From Vicugna vicugna (lineage: Eukaryota): DNA of 64,000 nucleotides. The translations under genes were made by a program, and so were the position numbers. Positions 53,400 to 64,000 of the stretch are shown piece after piece. Each line of letters starts with the position of its first letter. The stretch's first letter is position 1. The stretch lies in contig MU058714.1 of assembly GCA_013265495.1 (NCBI GenBank), positions 1,304,001-1,368,000 on the forward strand, written 5' to 3'. The notes beneath the pieces are model-generated. The model was not told the origin of the DNA. It saw nothing but the letters and a program-made list of their open reading frames with translations, and made no database searches.

Positions 53400-53860
53400 T
53401 CAGTGAGCTAAGCCTACCCCTGTTCAGCTGACGAGGGGACTGAAGCTCACAGAGGACCCCGGATGTGCCAGGGCCCATCGCTGGCTTCTGGGGCTTCCAC
53501 CCCCAGTTCTTCCTGAGGTCTGCAGGCTGCTGGCCAGTCGGACCGACTGGGGGAAGGGGCTGGGTCCTGAGCTCCAGGGCAGGGGACAAAGCAACGTCCA
53601 AGTGCAGGAGTGGCAGGCAGCTCTGACCCCACCCTGGTGCCCGGAATGTCCCCACCGTGGCCCTTGAGCTCAGCCCTGAGGGAGACTGGTGTGTCCGTGG
53701 CCAGGAGAGACGGCACAACAGACAGCCCCACAGATCCGCCCTCAGTGGGGTGTTTGTGGGGGCCGGGGGGCTGGCAAAGGCCTTTTTTCCAAATGAAGTG
53801 ACAGTCACAGGTTCCAGATGGACGTTGTATTTTCTTGGGGGGTTACCACTCAACCCACTA
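53400..53860 (-). mobile_element. MLT1-like LTR, diverged
   Basis: ccttttttccaaatgaagtgacagtcacaggttcc ... cactcaacccactaca end; left boundary uncertain. Confidence 0.6.
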
Positions 53861-53899
53861 CACAGTGACACCCACAACCACCTTGAGAGCACAGTCTGT

Positions 53900-54075
53900 A
53901 TTAGGCTGTATGCCACTAAGCGGTTTCCCATGTTAATTTTCACAGCATTCCCGGGATGCGGATGTCATCATCCTACTTTATGGACGGGAAAATGAGGCTC
54001 AGAGATGTTAAGCAGCCTCCTGGAAGCAGCACAGCTTCAAAACAGTGGAGCTGATTCTAACAAGGCTTGTGCTCT
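53900..54075. mobile_element. MIR
   Basis: catcctactttatggacgggaaaatgaggctcagagatgttaag. Confidence 0.7.
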
Positions 54076-57000
54076 TCCTACAGGACTACATCGTGCTCTG
54101 CTAGAGGAGAGAGCTTGAAAAATGGCCACAAGGCCTCATTACAGCACGAGCCGAATAGGCACCAAAATGCTCGGCGAGGTGCAGCATGGAGGCCGGCGCC
54201 GGCACGTCCTGAGCCCCCCGGCATGTCAGCGCTCACTGCCCGCGGCCTCTCTCCGGGGCACCCAGGCCAAGGAGAGCCGGCCCTAGCCCACCTGTACCTG
54301 GCCCCCTGTCTCAGGGCTCCATCAGCTTATTCCCTCCCTCCTAACCGCTCTCAAGGCCCCCAGGGCAGGGGCTGAGCTCACAGCCCCTTAGGAAGAGGAT
54401 CCGGCAACCGCCTGGAGGAGGGACAAGGTGGGGACAGAGGTGGAGAGCAGAGAGAGGCCCTCCTCCAGCCCCCCAGGCCTGCATAGTCATCAAGGGCTTG
54501 GGGGGGCTTGCTTTGTGGGGTTCTCTCCAGTAGGGGGCACCCTCTGCCTTTCGGCCTCACCCTTGCCTTTCCTGAAGGGCTGTAGTGACCCTTTCTCGGC
54601 CCAGTGATGGACCGTTGGAGGTCGCCTGGGGAAGGCCAGGGGTGGGGCCAGTACAGGGCTGGGCACCCTGCCTCGTGGGGCTCTCCCAGCTGTGGTGTTC
54701 TCACGTGAAGAGGCGCCTGCAGTGCGGGGCTTGCAGTTGAGGGGTGAGCCCAGGGGAGGTGTAGGCAGGCGTGGGGCCGACTGGGGTCCTGCCGGGGTGT
54801 CCTGAGCCTTGCACACTGTTCCCAGGGTCGCGGGGACCCCGGGCTGCCTGGAGAGGCTGCTTCTGGGAGTCCAGGCCTGCTGAAGGGGGGGCAGGGGCTC
54901 TGGACTGGACTCAGGGCCGGGCCTCCCTGCTCGGGGACTGTCCTGGGGAGGGCCCCTTTCCAGGGCAGCCCGGCTGCAGCCAGACCCCCTTTGGGCCCTA
55001 CGTTTCCAAGGGAGGTGGCGGCCACCCCCCAGGACGGTTGTGCCTGACTTCATCCACAGATGGTCCCCACAAACTTTTTAAAACGCATGATTTCTCTCAG
55101 CGTCTGTTGGAAGAAACAAAACCAATAGATCAAGCTTGCGATTTCACAGATCTTAATGCTTGGGATGAGATCAGGTGAAAAAGGAGCCGTGAAATTTCAG
55201 AATTTGGTTGCGTCAGTGGTGGTGCGGAGTCTGGGGACGGTCAGGCCTGGACTGTCTCCGGTTTGGGAAGCACCCCCTTTCCCACGACTCAGGAGCCTGG
55301 GCGGCCCGGGCCCCTGACCGGCTGGAGGAGGCAGGGAGGTGCTGGGCTGGGTGTGAGCTCCCCCGCCCCACCCCTGCCCCCTAGGCCCAGCAAGGATGCT
55401 CCCAGAGTGGCCTCTTCCTGCAGGCTTTTCCCATCAGGTCTGCCGGGAGCCCTGGCAGGCAGGCCAGCAGGCTGGGTGGTGACTCACGGCTGGCCAGAGC
55501 CCATTTGCCCTGCACCCTGCCTCGGGGTGAAGTGAGAAATCTGACCGGGCTCCAGCACAGATGGGAAACCCCACCCCAGGGCCTGCAGCAGGACAGGTGT
55601 GGCTCCGTCCCACGCCCACACAGGCCCCAGGCCAGGGTGTCTGAGCCCGGCTTGGCAATGTCTGTCTGCACTGGTACAGCAGCTGCCTCTCCCCAGGCCT
55701 GGAACCCAGGATCCAGGCAGTCCTCCCAGCGCACAGCTCAGGGCCTCTGCCCTGGGCGGGAAGCTCCTGCTTGGGTGGCAGGCCTGAGGGACCGGGGTTC
55801 CCACCCGACTCAGCCTCCGCTGAGCTGTGAGGCCTCAAGCAAGTTGCTTCGGCTCTCCGTGTCTGTCCCTGGATGGGTCACCTGCTCAGCGAGAGTTTGC
55901 AGGTGACCTCTAAGGCTCCTGAGACCCAGAGGCTGGCCCCCTGACCCTTCCCCACGGTCGCTCTCACCTGGAGCCCAGGGGCAGGTGTTCCAGCCCCCGG
56001 GGCCGGATCAGTGTGGGCAGTCACCTCCTCCCTGGTGGAGCGGCCTCGAGAGCCCAGTGCAGTGCCAGGCCCGGCACCACTGAGACCCTTCTTCACTGCT
56101 TCCACCCTCCACTGGTCACGGGCACCACACTGGCCCTGGGGAGACACAGGGAGGCCCAGCGGCACAAGGACACCCCGCCTCTCTGGAGGGGCTGAGGCCT
56201 CACGAAAGAGACGCTATTAGAGAGCAAGGAACAAAGTCCTGGCAGAGCAAAGAGCAAAGGCTCCCAGGCAGGGCCGTGAAGACAGGGCAGGCGTGACTAA
56301 GAAATAGGACGGGGGGCCCCTGGCAGGGGGTTGGGGCAGGGCGGCCAGCACCTGCCAGTGCCAAACCCCCCGCCTGCCTCCCTCTCCGGCTGGGGGCCCC
56401 CGACACAATCCTTTAGGCTGAGGGTGACCTCATCAGGACAGAGGTGAGACCTGGATGGGGGGTGGACTTAGAGTCTCCCACATCCCCAGCCTGTTGCTGC
56501 CAGAAGCCTGCGAGGCCCACCTGGCAGGCGCAGGTGGGGACCCAAATTTATAGCAAGTTCCCTAGGTTCCAGGCCCACCCAGCACCTCCAGAGGATGTGG
56601 GTTCTCATCTTGAGCCCGCTGACCGCTGATCCAGACACACAGGTGCTGCGGTGCTTGTGGCCTGAGGGCACCAAGCGGAGCCTGGCACTGCGGGTGAGGG
56701 GTGCCCGGGAAAGGACGTCGAGGGAGGAGGGGACACAGTCCCCACCAGGGGTTAGGCTGGGGGGGTGGGCAGTGTGGCCAGCCACAGCCACGGCCACAGT
56801 GTGCCTGGCAGAATCGGGGCCTGGAGCTCGTCAGGGGCTGTGATGTGAGCTCTGGGGGCCAGGGACCCCCCTCCCCTGCCCAAGGAAGGGTACAGAGAAG
56901 GCATTCTGAGCTGTCCCCACAGCCCTGCCTGGAACAACTCGACCTCAGGCCGAGCAAGGGCTGCAGAGAGTGAAGGAGCCAGGCCCGGAGGCTGGACTCC

Positions 57001-57914
57001 AAGCCCCATCCCATCCCCTCTCTCGTCCCCTGCCCTGGCCCTCCCTAGGTCTCATCTATACACATGAAAGCAAATTAAAGGAGGGCCTGTGGCCTCCACG
57101 CAGCCTAGGGGAGACCCAGGGGGCCTCTGCAGGTTGACTAGGGCCTCAAAGAGGGAGAAGGGAGGCCCCCAGGCTCTAACAGGCAGAAGCGGTGAAGCGA
57201 CCTGGCTTCACCGTCTGCCCTAGGAAAACACAGAAGGGCCGGGCTGCCCAGGGCCACAGCCAGCCGACTGCACCCCTCCCACGGGGACGGGACCCTGGTC
57301 CTCAGTGGCACTTGCCACCTGTGTCAGAGGGGCCTGCCCAGAGCCGCGGAGAGCAGTGTGTATGCATGCCTGGCAAGCCGCGTACCCCTGGAACTGGCTT
57401 CCTCTCCTGCAGTTTGCGCTTTGCCAGCATGAGATGTGTGTGCAGGTGGCAGGAACACACTCAGGCCAGCGCAGGGCCTACAGCACGCCCTCCCTGGGCA
57501 GGGCCCCCTCCAGCTCCTCCTGGAGATAAGGTGCCCCGTGTGGTGCCGAGTCTGTGGACACCGACCTGTGGGAATGTCCCTGAGTCTGTGTCTGTGCAGC
57601 TGGAGGCCCGGAGCTGGACTTTGTCCACGTCACTCCCTTTAGGGCTGCTGCCTGCAGGGCAGGGCCCAGTTCCCCCTGCCCTGGCTGGGACCTTGGGCTC
57701 TGTGTTTAAATTCCTCAAACCTCAACTTCCTCATCTGGGAAATGGGGTCATTATTCCGTACCTTTCTCTCAGCATTACCGTGAGGGTCGGACGGGGCAGC
57801 CGCCTCCCAGGGCCCTGTGCACAGTGCAGGCTGAATCGACGTGAGCCACTGTGCCCCTTCCCCGGAGCATTACTCTTTTTTAGCCTAAGTTTCCTCATTT
57901 AAAAATGGGCTAAT

Positions 57915-58038
57915 GGGAGGAGGGTGTAGCTCAGTGGTAGAGCCTGTGCTTAGCATGCACAAGGTCTTGGGTTCATTCCCTGGTAGTTAAACATTTTTTA
58001 CTGTTTGAAAAAAAGAGAAAAACAAAACAAAACAAAAC
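57915..58038 (+). mobile_element. tRNA-derived SINE (vic-1-like) inserted in a MIR
   Basis: A box TAGCTCAGTGG, B box GGTTCATTCC, (AAAAC)n tail; TSD AAAATGGGCTAAT (57902-57914) / AAAACGGGTTAAT (58039-58051). Confidence 0.88.
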
Positions 58039-58379
58039 AAAACGGGTTAATAAGTCCCAATGGCCATGGGGACACAGTGTGTTAAGTGTTTGGGACGGGA
58101 CTTCATGAGGAGCCTCCTGTGTCTCAGGTGCAAGGACACGTGCCCAGGGAGATGCACGCGCTCTTCCAGGTGCATCCGAGCAACAGGACCCCGGCCCGCC
58201 GAGAACACTGCAAACGCCAGCACGGTGGCCGTTTCGGCAGCGGGGACACAAGCCAGACCTGGGCCGTGCGCGGCTCCCGCGCGTCCTCTCTGGCCGCTCC
58301 CCGAGGGCCAGAGGGACAGTGGGATGGGGTCACGGGGAAGCACCGGGGGACTGGCCCCTCCAGGCCTCAGAAGACATCT

Positions 58380-58880
58380 TTTTTGAAAGTACATATAAAT
58401 AAAATTTATTTGTGTATATTGCCTCTGTAGCCAACAGCTCTTTTTAAAACAACACACTCGCGTTTGCTTTCTCTCCCTTTATATACAATTGCTGAACCAC
58501 TGGGGTGAGTTGCAGACGCCGTGACATCTCACCCCTAAACACTTCAGCGTCTCTAGTCCAGGAAGGGCCTTTCGCCATCCCCATGCCCGGGAAATGCAGC
58601 CGGCACGACCTCTCTGGTCCCACACGGCCCCCGTGCACAAGGCCCCAGTTCTCTCTGAAATGCTTTAGAGCCGGCCCCAAGCCTAGTGGGGTCCGGGGCC
58701 TCCCCGGGGTCTTGAGCTGTGATTAGTCGTCACAGCTCTTTAACCTCCTTTCCTCTTGAACAGAGACCCCACTTTTTGTCTAACATTGACCATTTCGAAG
58801 CATCCGGAGTGACTGTCGACGTGGACTTGCTTTCTTCTTCCCTGTGGCTTGACTCGGGTAAAGCATCACATAGGTGACAC
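58380..58880 (-). mobile_element. Old L1M remnant
   Basis: gagttgcagacgccgtgacatctcacccctaaacacttcagc resembles old L1MC/ME 3' sequence. Confidence 0.5.
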
Positions 58881-61224
58881 TGTGAACCACCTGGAGGAAG
58901 CTGAGGCCCAGAGCGACGCCACTGGCACGCCTGGCCCCTGTCTGCTGTCGTGGGGCCTCCAGTGAGTGCTGCCCGCCAGCCCCAAGCCTGGATGGCAGGG
59001 CTCCCGCTTGCAGCGGTGGCCTTCCGCTCACGGGTCTGCCGCTTTTGTGGACTTGGGGCTCCTTGAGGGGATACCTGCCTTTTGTTCCACCTCTGAGCTT
59101 GCCCGGGGGACAGCAGGGAGCAGAGAGGACCCCGGACGGCTGGCAGTAAGGGGTGGGGTGCCCAAGGAGCTCGTCAAGGGCCCCCCCAGGGTGCCCGACC
59201 CTCAGACCAAGGCGTGTGGGGCTCAGGCTAGGCAGCGTCATGGAGGGCTGGGGACACAGCAGTGCCAGGAAAAGAGCAGACTGGAATCCATACATCGTTT
59301 TCCTGGGAAGAGTCAAGAGAGGGGCAAAGGGCAGGGGCTGAGGCCCTGGGGCGCAGGGTCGGCCCCCAGTCTGGCTGGACCCTCCCGCATTCCTCTTTCC
59401 ACAGCCCCTGGTGCCCAGAAGGGAGGTGGGAGGGGAACGGTGTCACCCGTTTCCTAAGATCTCCTCCTACAAGGGCAGAACCCGAGGGTGATGGGCCGGA
59501 AGAGGAGGGAGCCCCGTCAGCTCAGCGTGGGGGGTCGGAGGGCCTCTGGGGGCCTCCACGTCACTGTCTCTGTAGCGCTGTCTCTGGGTCCCTGACCGTC
59601 AGGCTGCTGTGCGGTTTGGATCCGTCAGGGCCCCACAGGCCTACCAAAGGGAGGCGAGGGGTCGCATTTGCTGAAGGACTGAGTGCAGAGGGGTGGGCAG
59701 GGCCAGGAGCCATCACCTTCCTGGGACGAAGGGCAGGAGAGAGGTGCTGTTGGAACCAGCAGGACACGTGAGCGCTGCGGCCCAGAGCCCGGGCGGAGGG
59801 GGCACTGCCCTCTCCCTGCCCCACCACCCTCTGCTCTCCAGCCTGTGCCCGGAAGCCAGAGGGCGAGGTGGCCACGTCGCGTGTGCAGGCCACAGCACCA
59901 GCCCCCAGGTCAGAGCAGGGCACGGAAGGGACCCCAGCGCCTAGTGGGTCCAGCGCCAGCAAGCCACGCCCATTGATTGACTCAAATCGATAAACAGGCA
60001 TAGAACACATTCCATTTTGATGAAAACATCACCAAACAGCAGATTCCAAGAGCCGAGGGCCTCGCCTGGGGCCGCTCACGCCCCTCTGAGGACCTGCCCC
60101 GATGGGAAGGGGAGAAGCCCGCATCTCCCGTTGTCCGCCCTGGGCCTCAGGCCTCCCCACCAGGCCAGCACTGCCCTTCTGAGAGTGCTGTAGCGTAGCA
60201 ACGGCCATCCTGGGGCCGGGATGGGGCAGGTAAGGCCAAGGGGTGGAGAGGACTGCTAGGTCAGGAGCTGGGGAGGGGTCTGTGGGTTGTCGAGGGTCTC
60301 TGGCTGAGTATGGACCAAGGATGGACAAGGACTAGTGGAGAGAAAGGCTGGGTGAGAGAAGCGGAGGCTGGGGGGAGGGGAGGGACCTAGCGACACATAA
60401 GGGAGCAGGCGGAGAGGGGACCTCGAGCTGGAGACGAGACAGCAGGAGCAGCACTGGGTGACACCAGAGGTTGGTGGGGGGAGGGCGGCCACCGCAGATC
60501 TGGAGGGGGCCAGTCCCCACTCCTGCTGTGCAAATGCCCCACACCCCCATGGTCCTGGAGTATCCTTAGGACCCAGGGACCACTCAAGGCCAGGACACCA
60601 TCACCCGCAGTGACCAGAACAGGACGCAGCCCCGGTGCGCAGAGGTCTCTAGCTGTGGCGGGGGGTGGGGGCGGAGGTAGGGGCGAGGACCCAGATCAGA
60701 GCCAAACTGCTCCCGGCCAGAGGGTCAGTGCAAAACTTGGAAAGCAGACAACAGGTCAGATGTGACCTTAGCCAGGGCCGGGACCCCACAGCTGGAGCAC
60801 GTCTGGGCTCCAAAGGGCCACATTCGCCGCTTAAGGGTGTAAAGGAAGCATCGGACCAGTGAGTCCAGTACTGATCCAACGCGGGACCCCAGGAAGGCTC
60901 CGCCGGACCGAAGCAGTCAGTGCAAAGGGGACAGGTGCTCCTGAAGGGGATCCACCCCCTTTCCTAGAGACGTTCTCAAAGTGGAGTCCCCCTGCACCCC
61001 ATGGCCCTGGTTGGCTCCAGGCCCCAAGGCTGTGTGGTGAGGCGTGAGCCCCTCGCCCTCTGCCCTCCAAAGCTGCCTGGCCCAGCCTGCCCAGCCCGGG
61101 AAGCTGGGTCAGCTGTCTGGCTCAGGGCCATGAGCTCGGTCTTAGGCCGGGGGAGGGACTGTCAGGGGACCTGCTGGGATGACGACTTTAATTAATCTGC
61201 AATATGTCGTGTCTTGGACAAAGG

Positions 61225-61320
61225 CAGGCTGCCCAGCCAGACAGCCCTGGTTCAAATCCTGCTGTGTGGCCTTGGGCAAGTTAGTGAACCTCTCTGTGCC
61301 TCTTATCTTTAACTTGCTGA
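61225..61320. mobile_element. MIR
   Basis: ggttcaaatcctgctgtgtggccttgggcaagttagtgaacctctctgtgcctc. Confidence 0.75.
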
Positions 61321-61738
61321 GGCTGGCTTCTTTCTCTTCCTTTGCCTCTCCTCCCCACCATGTCCCTGTGGCCTTGGGACTAAGCAGTTCGGCAGTCCTC
61401 ATAGGGTGCCCAGGGCTGCCCGCTCGGGTCCACACAAGCCCACCGAGCCCAAGGAGGGGTCGACACCTGCCAGGTGGGCGGAAAGGCCCCGCCCAACTGT
61501 GGCAGTCTGCCAAGAACCAATTCCACCAGGGTGAGTGGGACCTGCCCCCTACTCCTCCTCTCACTGCCCCCTACCTTCACCACCCTTCCCCACTTAATCG
61601 CATCCCAGCTGCTTCATCTTCCTTGTGGTCACATTTCACTAGCATGGAGAGGCTGGGGTGGTGGTGGGGTAGATGAGGGGTGGACAGCATCCCACGTCTC
61701 CCTACATGTCTCTGCCTTCATCAAGGAGGGGGTCTTTT

Positions 61739-61905
61739 GGGGGGGAGAGTATAGCTCAGTGGTAGGGTGAATGATAACCGTGCATGAGGTCCTAGGCTCA
61801 ATCTCCAGTACCTACATCAATAAAATATGTACATATGTAATATATACATACATTTAAAAATAAATAAATAAATCTAATTACCCCACACACACCAAAAAAA
61901 AAAAA
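61739..61905 (+). mobile_element. tRNA-derived SINE (vic-1-like)
   Basis: A box TAGCTCAGTGG, degenerate B box, AT-rich/poly-A tail; TSD AAGGAGGGGGTCTTT (61723-61737) / AAGGAGGGGTTCTTT (61906-61920). Confidence 0.9.
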
Positions 61906-63799
61906 AAGGAGGGGTTCTTTCTTGTGTTCCTTGTGAGCTTGGTCCTTGCAGGGAGGAGGCCAGAAAGCCCTCTCACCCCTCCCCCAGCCTGTCTGCTCCT
62001 GGATTTGGGTTAGCTCGGATCGCCGATTCACTAAAGAAAATTTCCAGGTAGAGCGAGGTCAGCTCTGCCACCAACAGGCTGCGTGGACCCTAAAAGGGCC
62101 AAGGAAGTCACCTTTGTGTCTAGCAAAACATCATCATTCATCTGTCATCCAGCACTCGTCCTGCCTGAAGAGCCCCCACCCCACCTGCCTCCTATCATTG
62201 ACCCGTGTCTCCTGCACAGCAGTTGGACCGCCTGAGTCAGAACCATCTGGGGTACTCACCGGTCGGGCCCACTCCCAGCCACTGTCCAGCACGGGATCTC
62301 ACCTGGGGCCCCGAGAAGCCCTGCAGTGCAGTAACGCGCTGTTGGGGACCCGGCCATCGGGCGCCGTGCCCTCACTGCTCCCGCGGATGCAGAGGCCTGA
62401 GCAGGGGCATGCTTTGCCTGAGTGCTGATCCCCCACCGAGCCCCAAAGGACAAGGCTCAGAGCGCCAGAATTATGGGAATGGGGGCTGTGCCGCTTTACA
62501 GCACAGGAGTCCGGGGAGCAGGGTCCCCAAGCACGAGGCAACTTCTCCCTTTGGGGGACCAGCGAGATCCTGGCCACTTGTCTCAAGAACAGCTCCAAAG
62601 GTGGGGAGGTGGCCCCGATCCCCCACCCCACGGCCATCCTCTCCTGCCTCTCCTTTCAGGCTCCCAAGGACCCCTTCTCCCAACAGGTCTCCAAGTCTGC
62701 ACTCAGGACTCCCCCTTCCCTCACCTCTACTGTGTAAGAGACCCCAGCTGGAAGCACCCAAGAGACTCCTGCGCCCAGGCCACACAGCAAGAGACCCTGA
62801 TGGGGGTGCAGGGATGGCTGAAGCACCCTCATCCCTACTGTCGCTGCTCCTAGCACTGGGGCTGCCGAAGTCCTAAACTGCACAGCAGACAGCATTCATG
62901 CTAATGGTCTTTAGGGGCCCTCCTTCACCCAGGCCCCCTCCTCCCAGCCAGGAAAATTATTAATTCCCATCCGTCAAGTTTACTTCTGGTAAAGTTTGCC
63001 ATTAACTCGGCCAGCCAGGGGCCCAGAATAAAACGGGGAGGCAGGCAGAGGTCTGGGGCAGTCCTAGCGGGGGGTGTGGGGGGCATCAGGTGGAGACTCC
63101 ATGATCCTTAGGCGTCTGGAGGGCCGGGGGGATTAGGAGGCGGTTCCCCAGCCCCCACCCACCCATGGCAGCAGGTGGCAGGAGGGGACAAGGCTGCCTC
63201 AGCCCCCGTCTTCCTGCCAGCTTTGGCTGTGTGATGCTAAACTCTGTGTGTATGTGTGAGTGCGCTGTGCACGGAGGAGACGGGCTGGGCTGGGAGCCCC
63301 GGCCCTGACAGTGTCCACAAGTGGCCGACGAAGCTGACGGTCTGGACTCTAGGTCAGAATGGCAGGAGCTGGTGGCCGAAGATCGCAGGACCAGCAGGGC
63401 CAGAGTGTGTTTCAGCTTTTCCCGATACTCCGCCCCACAGTCCCCAGCCCTGGTCCTTCCTGCACTGTCTTTCCCTCTGTTGTAGGAAGCCAGGCCCCTC
63501 CACCTTCAAGGCTGGATTCCAGTCTCCCGCAGGCGTTCGTTCCCCCCTCTCAAGAGTCCGCTCTGGGCTGTGGCTGGGCCTGGAATGTTGCCGTCACGAT
63601 CCTGGCTTCTCCAAGTGGCCTGAGGGCTGTCTGTGGGTTGAGGAGGGGGAGAGGGGTGCAGAAGGAAACCAGGGAGACACACCCGCAGAGACTGTCTGGG
63701 CCCTCAGGCCTCGGCAGTGCACGCGGTGCCCTGCTTAAGCACACAGCGCTGGGACTGGACAGGTGGGCCCTCTCGAGGCTGCAGAAACAGACATCTGAT

Positions 63800-63810
63800 A
63801 CACACACACA

Positions 63811-63863
<53 letters not shown>
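63800..63863 (+). repeat. (CA)n microsatellite, ~32 units, one G interruption at 63811
   Basis: direct reading. Confidence 0.98.
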
Positions 63864-63865
<2 letters not shown>

Positions 63866-64000
63866 CTACACGGCCAGAAGGGGGACAGCGGTGTGGCAGG
63901 GCTCCCGACGCGAGGGAGACCCCAGAGGCAACAGGCAGGCTGTTTCTGGACTCCCTGCCCGTTTGCCCACGGGATGGAGTTGGGTGGTGGGGGAAGCCAC

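Noticed and set aside
34000..62000. TMEM105 or LINC00482 orthologue as an annotated gene
   Set aside because: Expected only from recalled human synteny; I cannot identify exons or homology here.
29550..64000. Many 60-308 aa ORFs in the track (e.g. 52271-53197, 53104-53943, 43629-44354, 57192-57902)
   Set aside because: Pro/Gly/Ala/Arg-rich, overlapping in all frames, often non-ATG starts and no recognisable domains; expected from stop-codon scarcity in GC-rich DNA.

Overview
This is GC-rich mammalian genomic DNA, not prokaryotic. It is most likely from a camelid, judging by four copies of a vic-1-like tRNA-derived SINE. The left half carries coding exons 1-13 of SLC38A10 (SNAT10, putative Na+-coupled neutral amino acid transporter) on the minus strand. 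All 13 exons have GT-AG boundaries with consistent phases and splice into an uninterrupted 1897-nt frame (632 codons + 1 nt). The gene runs off the left edge, where a polypyrimidine tract points to the next exon. A CpG-island promoter lies at about 28.6-29.55 kb. From 29.5 to 64 kb there is no supportable protein-coding gene. That part holds L1/L2/MIR/MaLR/ERVL/MER58 remnants, young SINE and L1 insertions with target-site duplications, an orphan CpG island (~39.7-40.2 kb), AT-rich enhancer-like islands, microsatellites and a 23-N gap. I found no convincing new biological system. The best leads are candidate stress/nutrient control of SLC38A10 (single uORF, intron-1 C/EBP-ATF site, MIR-derived ARE, LTR-derived CLEAR box), a nested L2>L1>SINE insertion, and an L1 patch apparently rewritten by GC-biased gene conversion. 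Repeat family names and human comparisons come from recalled sequences, not database searches.
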